DNA from: Gemmatimonadales bacterium
Lineage (GTDB): Bacteria; Gemmatimonadota; Gemmatimonadetes; Gemmatimonadales; JACORV01
Direction of reading: 5' to 3'
Assembly (NCBI GenBank): GCA_035623395.1
Contig: DASPTN010000086.1
Coordinates: forward strand, 97,606 to 161,605
Length of the DNA stretch: 64,000 bases
Made by a program: the position numbers and the translations under genes. Positions within the stretch are counted from its first letter, which is position 1. The number at the start of each line of letters is the position of its first letter. The notes under the pieces were generated by a model. It ran no database searches. It had not been told where the DNA came from and saw only the letters and a program-made list of their open reading frames with translations. This document shows positions 26,807 through 36,124 of the stretch, one piece after another.

Positions 26807-28818
26807 GACGCTCCGAGAACGGCGTGGGCGACGTGATCCGCGATGGCCATGATGGTGATCATGGGATTGACGCCGCTGGAGGTCGGGAACGCGCCGCCGT
26901 CCGCGACGTACAGCCCGCGGACCCCGTGCACTTCGCCACTGTCCGCCGCGACCGAGCGGCTGCGATCGCTGCCCAGGGCTGCGCCACCCATCTGGTGGAA
27001 GCTGATATACGACATCCGGCAGCGGCGGTACCCGCGAGCGTCGCAGTCGGCGACGAACCGCTCCAGCCAGCCGCGCTCGCCGGGGCGGACGCGGACCGGC
27101 GGCGTGTGCAGGGTGAAGAGCTCCGTGGCGCCGGCGGCCGCGAGCACGCGGGCGGCGCCTTTCAGGCCCGCCCGCACGTGCCGCTCGTCGAAGCCGGACA
27201 GCTCGTAGTGGACGCGGGCGAGGCCCTGCCGGCTCACCGCGACGCGGCCCGCGTCGCGGTCCCGGAGCAGCACGCCCACGATGCTCAGGTTGCCGAGCCG
27301 CGCCACGTCCTCCTTGAACTGGCGCGGGCTCTCCCAGCCGAAACCGCTCGCCGGAAGGGCGAAGTGGACGGGCGCCGTCTCCAGCATCACGCCGTAGCCG
27401 TCCGTCTGGTCGGCGAGCTGGTTGGAGTAGCGGGTCTGGAGGCCGCCGGTCCAGGGCTCCACCCGGTCGGGGAAGATGCCGGCGACCGCCGTCGCCGGAT
27501 GCAGCCGCAAGCCGCGGCCGAGGGCGGGACCGGCGACGCCGGAGCGCGCTAGCAGGGCCGGCGTGTTCACGGCCCCGCACGCGGCGACCACGACGTTCGC
27601 CCGGACGGTGACGGTGTGCCGCGCGCCGCCGGCCCCCTCCACGCTGGCGACCACGCCCGCCGCGCGGCCCCGCTCGATTAGGATCCTCTCGACGTCACAC
27701 CGCGGCACGAGCCGGCCGCCGCTCCGCGCCGCGTCGGCGAGGTAGGTCTTGGCGGTGGAGTTCTTGGCCCCGTGCCGGCACCCGTACGTGCAGTAGCCGC
27801 ACTCCGCGCCCTCCTTGCAGTCGGTCACGTTGCGGGGGATGACGTCCACGTGCCAGCCGAGCTCCCGGCAGCCGCGCTCCAGGATGGCGTCACGCGTCCC
27901 GGGCGTGGACCACCGTGTGCCGACGCCCAGACGCGCGCTCACCCTCGCGAACGAGGACTCGAAATCCGCGCCGGCGAACAGCGACAGGCCGCTGAGCCCG
28001 TCCCACTCCGCGCGGACCGGCGCGGGCAGCGGGAAGCTGGTGGTGTAGTTGATCACCGTGCCGCCGCCCACACAGCTGCCGGCGAGGATGGGCAGGGAGC
28101 CGCTCTGGGTCATCAGCAGCGCGCCGTCGAGGTACAGCGCGCCGAGCATCTCGCCTTCCACCTGCGTCATGTCGCGCGAGCCAGGGTTGGGTCCCTTCTC
28201 GAGCACCACGACGCTCCGGCCGGCCGTCGCCAGGATGCCCGCGACGACACCGCCGCCGGCGCCGGAGCCCACCACGACGACGTCGCAGTCGAGCGTCGAG
28301 TCGCGGTCGATCTCGAGCGCCGGGAGGGGCTCGACCGGCGTGCCGGGCGGCGGGAGCGGACCGCGATACCCCGCGGCGCGCCAGGCCGGATGGCCCGCGT
28401 CGTCCACCGGCCAGCAGTAGTAGGCGACGTGGGCGAGGCGCTTGAGGGCCTGGAAGCCCGCCCGACGCATGGGAATGCCGGACATGGCCCAGCTGCGGAG
28501 CGTCGCTTCCCGGGCGTGACCGTCCATGTCCTGCAGCGCGGCGAAGCGGCCCGAGAGGACGAGATTGGCGAGCGGCGAGCCCAGGGCGGTGAGCAGAATC
28601 CGGAGCCGCGTGCGGTCCAGCGGATCGCGCAGTTGAGCGATCAGCCGCTCCACGCGCTCGGCCGTGCGGGCGGTGCGGGCGCCCGTCGCGAAGAACCCGG
28701 CGGGATCATCGTCCCGGCGGATCTCGGGCAGCAGCGTCTCGCAGACGGCGGCAAGCACGGCGCGCTGGGTGACGGACAGCTCTTCGGGCACGGCTCCATC
28801 CCGATGGGGATTTTTCAA
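26803..28818 (-). CDS. GMC family FAD-dependent oxidoreductase (long-chain alcohol oxidase-like)
   Basis: DVVVVGSGAGGGVVAGILA dinucleotide-binding motif after a roughly 180-aa N-terminal extension. The C-terminal GMC signature region includes the catalytic His (SFHQMGG). Confidence 0.8.
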   Translation of the reverse strand: MKNPHRDGAVPEELSVTQRAVLAAVCETLLPEIRRDDDPAGFFATGARTARTAERVERLIAQLRDPLDRTRLRILLTALGSPLANLVLSGRFAALQDMDGHAREATLRSWAMSGIPMRRAGFQALKRLAHVAYYCWPVDDAGHPAWRAAGYRGPLPPPGTPVEPLPALEIDRDSTLDCDVVVVGSGAGGGVVAGILATAGRSVVVLEKGPNPGSRDMTQVEGEMLGALYLDGALLMTQSGSLPILAGSCVGGGTVINYTTSFPLPAPVRAEWDGLSGLSLFAGADFESSFARVSARLGVGTRWSTPGTRDAILERGCRELGWHVDVIPRNVTDCKEGAECGYCTYGCRHGAKNSTAKTYLADAARSGGRLVPRCDVERILIERGRAAGVVASVEGAGGARHTVTVRANVVVAACGAVNTPALLARSGVAGPALGRGLRLHPATAVAGIFPDRVEPWTGGLQTRYSNQLADQTDGYGVMLETAPVHFALPASGFGWESPRQFKEDVARLGNLSIVGVLLRDRDAGRVAVSRQGLARVHYELSGFDERHVRAGLKGAARVLAAAGATELFTLHTPPVRVRPGERGWLERFVADCDARGYRRCRMSYISFHQMGGAALGSDRSRSVAADSGEVHGVRGLYVADGGAFPTSSGVNPMITIMAIADHVAHAVLGAS

Positions 28819-28855
28819 CTTACGTTACGGGCAACTCCACAGCGAGGTGTTCCAG

Positions 28856-29344
28856 ATGAAGCGCGGCGATCCCCGGATCCGGCTGCTGCTCGCGGTGCTC
28901 GACGAGGCGTTCACGGCGAAGGGATGGCAGGGGGCGACCCTCAGCGGCTCGCTGCGCGGGCTGACGCTCGCCCAGGCCTCGTGGCGCCCGGGACCCCGGC
29001 GACACAACATCTGGGAGCTGGTCCTGCACACGGCGTACTGGAAGCACGTGGTGCGCCGGCGCGTGGCAGGGCGCCGCGGGGAGCCGTTTCCCCGGAGCCC
29101 GCGGAACTACCCGCGCCTGCCGGAGCGCCGCGACGCCGCGGCGTGGCGGACCGACATAGCGCTGCTCAAGCGGCAGCACCGCGAGCTGATGCAGACGGTC
29201 GAGAAACTGCCGCCCTCGCGTCTCACCGCGCGGGCCGGAAGCTCGCGCTGGCTGGTCGTGGAGCAGATCTTCGGGATCGCGGCCCACGATCTGTACCACA
29301 CCGGCCAGATCCAGTTGCTGAAGGCGTTGCAGCGCGGCCGCTAG
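28856..29344 (+). CDS. DinB-family (four-helix bundle, metal-binding) protein
   Basis: ORF trimmed to ATG 28856, with GAGGTG 8 nt upstream. HTAYWKHVV and AAHDLYHTGQIQLL His-containing helices. Confidence 0.7.
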   Translation: MKRGDPRIRLLLAVLDEAFTAKGWQGATLSGSLRGLTLAQASWRPGPRRHNIWELVLHTAYWKHVVRRRVAGRRGEPFPRSPRNYPRLPERRDAAAWRTDIALLKRQHRELMQTVEKLPPSRLTARAGSSRWLVVEQIFGIAAHDLYHTGQIQLLKALQRGR

Positions 29345-29356
29345 CCGCTCCCCGCC

Positions 29357-29839
29357 TCAGCGGGCCTGGCTGATCGTGATCTTGAAGCCGTCCGGGTCGG
29401 CCACGGCGAAATCCCGCTCACCCCAGGGCTCGGTCTGGGGCTCGTGCAGCAGCGTGCCCCCGCGCGCCTTGATCTGCGCCGCCAGCGCCTCGACGTTCTG
29501 GGCGGTCACGCAGTACAGCCGGAAGCCCTCGCCCTTCCGGCGGTCGCGGCCCTTCCGCCAGTCGTCCTGGCCGAGGTAGAAATCCACCCTGCCGGCGCGC
29601 AGCGTCGCACCCATCAGCTTGCCGTCGCGCTCCCAGCGCTCCACCACCACGCAGCCGAGGACGTCCTGGTACCAGGCCAGGCTCTTCGCGATGTCGTTGA
29701 CCGTGTACCCGGCGCTCGCCGAACGCAGCCGCAGGGTCTCGGGCTGACGGCGCGCCGTGGTCGCGCGCTTCCGCGCGCCGGCCCGGACGCGCTTGGCACG
29801 CTTGGCCGGCTTGCGTGCGCTCTTCTTCTTGGTCGGCAT
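29357..29839 (-). CDS. VOC/glyoxalase-family protein with Lys/Arg-rich N-terminal tail
   Basis: From MPTKKKSARKPAKRAKRVRAGARKRATTARR, followed by a single VOC beta-alpha-beta-beta-beta module (SLAWYQDVLG...DPDGFKITI). Confidence 0.65.
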   Translation of the reverse strand: MPTKKKSARKPAKRAKRVRAGARKRATTARRQPETLRLRSASAGYTVNDIAKSLAWYQDVLGCVVVERWERDGKLMGATLRAGRVDFYLGQDDWRKGRDRRKGEGFRLYCVTAQNVEALAAQIKARGGTLLHEPQTEPWGERDFAVADPDGFKITISQAR

Positions 29840-29968
29840 GGTCGCCCCTGTCGTGTGCGGTCCGAGTTTCAAGCCTACCGGTTCACCCCCGCTGCCGCCA
29901 GGAGGGCCAGCGGTGTATCACTTCTGTCCGCTCGTCACCTCACGCCCTCAACACCGTCATTGGAGGAG

Positions 29969-30403
29969 ATGCCAGTGCCCGTACGCAAGGCCTCGGCCGT
30001 CTGGGAAGGCGGCCTCAGATCCGGCAAGGGGACTTACAAGACCGCCAGCGGCCTCGTCGCCGGCAATTACGGCTTCGGCTCGCGGTTCGAGGAGAGCCCC
30101 GGCTCGAACCCGGAGGAGCTGATCGCCGCCGCGCACGCGGCGTGTCTCAGCATGGCGCTCTCGGGGGGCCTGGAGCGAGCAGGCAAGACCGCCACGCGGG
30201 TGTCGACGGAAGCATCCTGCACCGTCGAGAAGGTGGGCGACGCGTTCAGGATCACGAAGATGAGACTGGTGGTCCGGGGCAAGGTGCCGGGCCTGGACCA
30301 GGCCGGGTTCGCGGCGGCGGCGGAGGCCGCCAAGGAGGGCTGTCCGGTCTCCAACGCCCTCAAGGGCAACGTGGTCCTGGAGCTGGACGCGAAGCTGGAG
30401 TAG
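29969..30403 (+). CDS. osmC: OsmC family peroxiredoxin
   Basis: AVWEGGLRSGKGTYKT...NPEELIAAAHAACLSMAL...GCPVSNAL parallels E. coli OsmC throughout, including both Cys. GTG 29975 is an alternative start with better SD spacing. Confidence 0.85.
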   Translation: MPVPVRKASAVWEGGLRSGKGTYKTASGLVAGNYGFGSRFEESPGSNPEELIAAAHAACLSMALSGGLERAGKTATRVSTEASCTVEKVGDAFRITKMRLVVRGKVPGLDQAGFAAAAEAAKEGCPVSNALKGNVVLELDAKLE

Positions 30404-30555
30404 GCGCCCCGCAACTGGCAGGGTCTGTCGACCGCCCGTATACTCGGCGGCGGACATTCGTCCACCGGAGCGCGGCATCCCCGGGCCGTCACGGCCCGGC
30501 GGGTGCGCGCGGACCGGGCGGCCAGCCGACGACGTCCCCTGGGGAGACAGCTGAG

Positions 30556-31329
30556 ATGGCCTCCGGCAACTTCCACATCGGCATCATGGGCAACCTCTTC
30601 TCCGGCAAGACCACGCTCATGAACGCCCTGGCGGCGGAGCCGTATCGTGCGGAGCTGGAGGGCCTGCTGGGCACGGCGGAGACCCACGCGTTCTCCGAGC
30701 GGGTGGAGAAGGGCTCGCTCACCGACCAGTGCCTGGCGCTGTTCTACCAGGATCGCATCGCGAACATCTTCCCGACCGAAACCGCGTTCCTGCACATGCG
30801 GGTGCTGCAGCAGCGGGAGATCCGGCACCTCATGACCCGGGAGTCCAAGAGCGGTGTGCTGATCCTGGAGGACCGGCCGTTCCTGGACGGGCCCGAGGTG
30901 TTCGTGAAGCGGATGATCGAGTCGGGCGAGATGCCGGCCGCGCACGCGAAGCTGTACTTCACGCTGCTGTATCAGACGCTGCAGAACGAGCGGATCCGGC
31001 TGCCCGACCTGACGGTGTACCTGCGGACGGAGCCGGGCCTGCTCGAGAAGCGGCGCCTGGCCCGGGCCGAGGCGGGCGACGCCTACGCGCGGACCATCAC
31101 CGCGGAGTACCTGCGCCAGATCCACGAGTCGTACGAGCGGCTGGTGGTGCGGTGGCGCGACACGCTGCGCAAGTACCAGGAGTTCGCGATCGTGCCGCCG
31201 GACTCGGACATCCTGATCCTGCCGGCGGAAATCGACATGCACGAGCACCAGGGCTACGTCCACGTGGCGGCGGGGACGATCCGGGAGAAGGTCCGGCGGA
31301 TGATCGACGCGCGGACGCAGAGCGCGTGA
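30556..31329 (+). CDS. Deoxynucleoside kinase-like P-loop kinase (paralogue 1)
   Basis: ORF trimmed to ATG 30556. P-loop GIMGNLFSGKTTLMNAL, LEDRPF (ERS-like) motif and an Arg-rich lid (KRRLARAEAG). 257 aa. Confidence 0.6.
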   Translation: MASGNFHIGIMGNLFSGKTTLMNALAAEPYRAELEGLLGTAETHAFSERVEKGSLTDQCLALFYQDRIANIFPTETAFLHMRVLQQREIRHLMTRESKSGVLILEDRPFLDGPEVFVKRMIESGEMPAAHAKLYFTLLYQTLQNERIRLPDLTVYLRTEPGLLEKRRLARAEAGDAYARTITAEYLRQIHESYERLVVRWRDTLRKYQEFAIVPPDSDILILPAEIDMHEHQGYVHVAAGTIREKVRRMIDARTQSA

Positions 31330-32255
31330 GCGGCACCGCGGCGGTGCTCGAGGTGCGGGAGCCGCAGGCGATCCCGCGGCACCAGATCGCGAACCGGCTC
31401 ACCAACGTCGAGCGGCGCCTGCTCACCTACCTGGCCCGGCACCAGACCCTGGTGGCCTGCGTCGGCAACATCGGCGCGGGCAAGAGCTCCCTGGTCAAGC
31501 TGCTGGCGTACAGCACCGGGATGAACGCGCTGTTCGAGCTGCCCGACGAGGGGTACGAGGATCACGTCGCGCAGAACCCGTCATTGTTTCCGCTGCTGGC
31601 GACGGCGAAGAACTCGGCCAAGCGGACGCTGGGGCGGTACTACGGCGCCATCAACGAGTTCATCGAGTGCCAGGCGCGGGAGACGGTGGCGAGCCCCGGC
31701 TGGCAGGCCGCGAAGCGCAACCTCGAGAACGCCGCGCTCGACATTCAGCACGCGTACTTGGACCTCAGGAAGATGCAGCTCGAGGCCGTACCGCACCTCT
31801 CGGCCTCGACCTGCATCGACGGGTCGCCGCTGGCGGACCGCTACGCGTTCTGCGAGGTCCTGCACCGCGACATGGACGTGCCGTACCTGACGGCCGAGTC
31901 GCTGGCCGTGATCGACGCCCGGCTCCAGGGCGAGTTCCGGCCGCTGGTCCGTCCGGGGCTCCTGATCCTGCTGCAGAGCCCGGTCGAGTACCTGCTGCGC
32001 AACATCCGGGAGCGGCGGCGCGACGAGGAGAAGATGCACGCCGACGAGATCCCGGAGGGATTGATGCGTCTGGTGCGGGCGCTGAATCCGCGCTACGAGG
32101 CGCTGGTCGGCAACCTGGGGGCGAGCGGCTGGTACTCGGGGCCGGTGCTGGTGATCGACGTGTCGAAGATCGACTTCGTGTCCAACGTCCGGCACCTCAT
32201 CGCGGTGTACGAGGGTATCGAGACGCTCCTGGTGCCGAAGGATTTCCGGGTCTAG
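31326..32255 (+). CDS. Deoxynucleoside kinase-like P-loop kinase (paralogue 2, with insertion)
   Basis: GTG 31326 overlaps the upstream stop (GTGA). P-loop CVGNIGAGKSSLVKLL, DGSPLADRYAF and lid NIRERRRDEEK. 309 aa with a roughly 70-aa insertion after the P-loop. Confidence 0.55.
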   Translation: MSGTAAVLEVREPQAIPRHQIANRLTNVERRLLTYLARHQTLVACVGNIGAGKSSLVKLLAYSTGMNALFELPDEGYEDHVAQNPSLFPLLATAKNSAKRTLGRYYGAINEFIECQARETVASPGWQAAKRNLENAALDIQHAYLDLRKMQLEAVPHLSASTCIDGSPLADRYAFCEVLHRDMDVPYLTAESLAVIDARLQGEFRPLVRPGLLILLQSPVEYLLRNIRERRRDEEKMHADEIPEGLMRLVRALNPRYEALVGNLGASGWYSGPVLVIDVSKIDFVSNVRHLIAVYEGIETLLVPKDFRV

Positions 32256-32326
32256 GCCAGCGTTCGTCCGGCGCGCGGTCGATCGAGTTGAGAAACGCCG
32301 CTCGGGCGGCGAACTTCCACCCCCAC

Positions 32327-32398
<72 letters not shown>

Positions 32399-32514
32399 CT
32401 GGTCAGGACCTGTCACCCGGCTGTCATGGCGGCGTCATGCGCTTGGAACGCCGTCGCAATCTCGCCACTCCACCTTGCGGCCACACCCATCGACCATCGG
32501 AGTGCGCCGTGACG

Positions 32515-33204
32515 ATGAACTCCGTTCTCCGTCCGCCCGCCCTGGGACTTGCGGCCGCCGCACTGCTCGCGGGCTCCGTCTCGGCCCAGGAGACGCGTCT
32601 GCTCGTGGGAGCGGGACCCGGCTACGCCCGCGCCACCGGGTCCCTCGCCCAGTACATGCGCGGAGCCTGGGGACTCGGCGGGTACGTCGCGTTCGGGCCC
32701 GCCGCGCGGACGGCGAGCCTGCGGATCGATGCCGATTTCCTGCGGTTCACCCCCACCACCGCCGGCCGGCCGTACCGCGGCCTGCAGCCGGTGTTCATCA
32801 CCAGCGGCAGCCAGATCTTCACGGCGGTCGCCGGCCCCGAGCTGCGTCTTCCGCTGGGGCGGGTGCGTCTGTCGGCGACCGCGGGCGCGGGGTTCGCCAC
32901 GTCGACCAATACCGGTGCCGTGACGGGCATCGCGACGCCCGAGCGGTTCAGCGGTGCGACCACCTTCGGGGACCTCACGCTGGCGTATGCGGGTGGAGGC
33001 GGCCTGGGAATGGCGCTGGGCGGCGAGCGGATGCCCGTGTGGCTCGATCTCTCCGCTCGCTACCTGGGTACCGGGCCGACCCGCTGGGTGCGCGAGGGGA
33101 ACATCCCGGTCGGCTACATCTCCGGCGTGTACCTGAAGCCCACCAGGAGTCCCACCACCCTGGTCGCCTATCGCCTCGCCGTGTCGGTGGGCGTACCGCG
33201 CTGA
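32515..33204 (+). CDS. Putative outer-membrane beta-barrel protein
   Basis: ORF 32341.. trimmed to ATG 32515, because the upstream part is the tRNA. Signal peptide LGLAAAALLAGSVSAQ. Alternating Gly/aromatic beta-strand pattern. Confidence 0.55.
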   Translation: MNSVLRPPALGLAAAALLAGSVSAQETRLLVGAGPGYARATGSLAQYMRGAWGLGGYVAFGPAARTASLRIDADFLRFTPTTAGRPYRGLQPVFITSGSQIFTAVAGPELRLPLGRVRLSATAGAGFATSTNTGAVTGIATPERFSGATTFGDLTLAYAGGGGLGMALGGERMPVWLDLSARYLGTGPTRWVREGNIPVGYISGVYLKPTRSPTTLVAYRLAVSVGVPR

Positions 33205-33223
33205 CCGCTCGACGGGAGGTAGC

Positions 33224-34087
33224 GTGACGGGCGCGGCCGTGACCGGGAACCCGCTGCGGACCAAGGCCGAGACGCTGCGCGCACTGCACCACGCGGACCG
33301 GCCGCTGGTGTTCGCGAATGCCTGGGACGCCGCGAGCGCCCGGCTGTTCGAAGCGGCCGGCTTCCCGGCGATCGCGACGACCAGTGCGGGCGTGGCGTTT
33401 GCCTGGGGCTACCCCGATGGCGAGCGCATCGCCCGCAGCCAGATGCTGGAGTCGGTGCGGCGCATCGCCGCCGCCGTCTCCGTGCCGGTCAGCGCGGACC
33501 TCGAGGCGGGTTACGGGCCGGGTGCGGAGGCGATCGCGCAGACGGTGCGGGATCTCCTGGCGACCGGCGCGGTCGGCCTCAACCTGGAAGACGCCCGCGG
33601 CGATGGGCACAGGGCGCTGCTCGCCGTGCCCGCGCAGGCCGGGCGGGTGCGGGCGGGGCGTGCGGCGGCGGGCGAGCTCGGGGTGCCGGTCGTGATCAAC
33701 GCGCGGACCGACGTGTTCCGCGGCGCGGAGCCCTCACCGCAGCTCGTGGCCGAGGCGGTCGAGCGCGGCAACGCCTACCTGGAGGCGGGCGCGGACTCGG
33801 TGTTCGTCCCGTTCGTCCGCGACGCCGAGACCATCGCGGCGCTGGTGCGCGGGCTCCGTGGCCCGGTCAACATCCTGCTGGTCCCCGGCGGTCCCTCGGT
33901 CTCCGAGCTGTGGGCACTGGGCGTGCGGCGCGTGAGCGTCGGCTCCGGGATCGCCCGGGCGGCCTTGGGTCTGGCGCGGCGGGCGGCCGTGGAGCTGCGC
34001 GAGCGCGGAACGACGAGCCTGGTTCGGGACTGGGCGGTGTCGTTCGACGAGATGCAGGAGCTGCTGGGGACGCCGCCGGAAGGCTGA
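33224..34087 (+). CDS. Isocitrate lyase/PEP mutase superfamily protein (methylisocitrate lyase-like)
   Basis: GGGAGG SD before the GTG. ANAWDAASARLFEAAGFPAIATTSAGVA, DLEAGYG and NLEDA motifs. Confidence 0.8.
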   Translation: MTGAAVTGNPLRTKAETLRALHHADRPLVFANAWDAASARLFEAAGFPAIATTSAGVAFAWGYPDGERIARSQMLESVRRIAAAVSVPVSADLEAGYGPGAEAIAQTVRDLLATGAVGLNLEDARGDGHRALLAVPAQAGRVRAGRAAAGELGVPVVINARTDVFRGAEPSPQLVAEAVERGNAYLEAGADSVFVPFVRDAETIAALVRGLRGPVNILLVPGGPSVSELWALGVRRVSVGSGIARAALGLARRAAVELRERGTTSLVRDWAVSFDEMQELLGTPPEG

Positions 34088-34098
34088 GCCCGCGCGCC

Positions 34099-34812
34099 TC
34101 AGGGGTTCGTGGGTCGGATGTCGACCTCCGAGACCGTGGCGCGCTCGTTCAGCTCGAGCGTCTCGAGCACCACGGCGGCGACGTCGGCGGCCGTGAGGAT
34201 GCGGTCCCGGTTCGGCCGGCTCGGGGACAGGCCGTCGCCGAAGCTGGTGTCCACCGAACCGGGGCAGACCGCGATCACGCGCACGTCGCGCTTGCGCACC
34301 TCCATCAGCAGCGACTTCGAGAAGCCCAGCACGCCGTGCTTGGAGGCGGAGTACGCGGCTCCGTTGGCGAGCGCGTTGCGGCCGGCCAGCGAGGCGATGT
34401 TCACCACGGCCCCGTGCCCGTGGGCCAGCATCGAAGGCAGGAACGCCCGCGTCACCAGGAACATGCCCCGCAGGTTGGTCGCCATCACTTCGTCCCACTG
34501 CTCGACCGTCATCTCGGTCACGGGAGCGAAGCGCGCGATGCCGGCGTTGTTGACGACGATGGTGGGAGCGCCCATCTCGCGCTGCACGCGGGCCGCGAAC
34601 TCGGCGACGTCGGACTCCTCGCGCACGTCGCACGGCGCCCCGAACGCCTTGCCCCCGGCCGCGCGCAGGTCCGATGCGAAGCGCTCGACCGCGATCGCGT
34701 CGCGGGCGCACACCGCCACGGCCGCGCCGCGATCGACCAGGCCCTGGGCCAGCGCCTTGCCGATGCCGCGCGTGGCGCCGGTCACGACCGCCAGCTCGAA
34801 AGGCCAGTTCAC
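34099..34812 (-). CDS. Classical short-chain dehydrogenase/reductase
   Basis: TGATRGIG cofactor motif, NNAG, and the catalytic YSASKHG (YxxxK). Confidence 0.85.
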   Translation of the reverse strand: MNWPFELAVVTGATRGIGKALAQGLVDRGAAVAVCARDAIAVERFASDLRAAGGKAFGAPCDVREESDVAEFAARVQREMGAPTIVVNNAGIARFAPVTEMTVEQWDEVMATNLRGMFLVTRAFLPSMLAHGHGAVVNIASLAGRNALANGAAYSASKHGVLGFSKSLLMEVRKRDVRVIAVCPGSVDTSFGDGLSPSRPNRDRILTAADVAAVVLETLELNERATVSEVDIRPTNP

Positions 34813-34845
34813 CCTGCAGAGTATGCGGCCCGGACGGCCGCCTCG

Positions 34846-36117
34846 CTATGCCAGCACCCCGGGGAAGCGGTCGGCCGACAGGTCATAGCCGGGGAAGAGC
34901 ACCTCCAGCTGCGCGACGCCCAGGTGGCGCGCCGCCACCTCGCCGAACAGGTCGCGGAAGTCGGTGGTCACGGCCAGATCGCGGCCCTCGAAGCGCTGCT
35001 CGGGGGCCAGCCCCGGCCACCGGCCCAGGACCCGCCCTCCGCGCACCGGCCCTCCCAGCACGAACATCGCCGTGGCGTGGCCGTGGTCCGTGCCGGCGTC
35101 CCCGTTCTCGCGGATGGTGCGCCCGAACTCCGACATGGTGAGCACCACGACGTCCGCCATCCGCTCGCCGAGATCCCGGGCGAAGGCGGCGAGCGCCTGC
35201 CCGAAGTCGTCGAGCCTCGTGGCGAGCTGTCCGTTGGCCCCGTTGCCCTGGTTCACGTGCGTGTCCCAGCCGCCCACGTCCACGAACAGGATCTCGGCGC
35301 CGAGGTCCGCCTTGACGAGCTGCGCGACCTGCAGCAGCGCGTGACCGAGGGGGCCGGCCGGATAGGCCACGCCGTCGGCCGGACGGTACTGTGCCGGATT
35401 GGCCGCGCGGAGCTGGCGGATCGCCTCGAAGCTCTCGGCTGCGGTGCTGGCGACGATGCCCGTCTCGGCGCCGGACCACAGTGCCTCGAACGCCGCGGTC
35501 AGGCGGTCGCGTGCGGGCTCCGGGGCGCGGATGCCGAAGGCCTGCAGGTCGCCGATCGCGAGGGCGGGCGCCGAGCCCTGGAGCGCGCGCGGGAGCTGGG
35601 GCCCCATGGCCACGCCGCGGAACGGCGTGTCGCGGTGCTCCCGGTCGTGCGCGAGACAGCGGTTGAGCCAGCCGTCGCGGGTCGCCCGGTCGCCGGGCGT
35701 GCCGGTCTCCATGAAGTCCTGCGCGTCGAAGTGCGAGCGGCTGGGGTCGGGCGAGCCCACCGCCTCCACGATGGCGAGCTGGCCCGCGTCGAACAGCGGC
35801 TTGAGCGCCCCGAGCCTCGGGTGCAGGCCGAAGCGGCGGTCGAGGTCGAGCGCCGCGTCGGGTGCGCTGCCGGGGCGCGGCACCACGATGCGGCGCCGCT
35901 CGCGGTAGTACCACTCGTCGGCGTAGGGCACGATCATCGACAGCCCGTCCACCGCGCCGCGCTGGAAGATGCACACCAGAGTCTTCGATCCCGGGCCGCG
36001 CGCGGGGACGCGCTGCGCGTACGCGGTCCGGCCGAGGAACAGGGGGTCGAACCCCAGGCTCACCAATGAAAGCGCCCCGGCCTTCACGAACACCCGGCGG
36101 GAGACGTCGTGGCTCAC
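34846..36117 (-). CDS. DUF1501 domain protein (sulfatase-fold, Tat signal)
   Basis: Twin-arginine signal SRRVFVKAGALSL. LVCIFQRGAVDGLSMIVPY, SRSHFDAQDFMETG and GTDHGH motifs are typical of DUF1501. Confidence 0.8.
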   Translation of the reverse strand: MSHDVSRRVFVKAGALSLVSLGFDPLFLGRTAYAQRVPARGPGSKTLVCIFQRGAVDGLSMIVPYADEWYYRERRRIVVPRPGSAPDAALDLDRRFGLHPRLGALKPLFDAGQLAIVEAVGSPDPSRSHFDAQDFMETGTPGDRATRDGWLNRCLAHDREHRDTPFRGVAMGPQLPRALQGSAPALAIGDLQAFGIRAPEPARDRLTAAFEALWSGAETGIVASTAAESFEAIRQLRAANPAQYRPADGVAYPAGPLGHALLQVAQLVKADLGAEILFVDVGGWDTHVNQGNGANGQLATRLDDFGQALAAFARDLGERMADVVVLTMSEFGRTIRENGDAGTDHGHATAMFVLGGPVRGGRVLGRWPGLAPEQRFEGRDLAVTTDFRDLFGEVAARHLGVAQLEVLFPGYDLSADRFPGVLA

Positions 36118-36124
36118 GCGTCAC

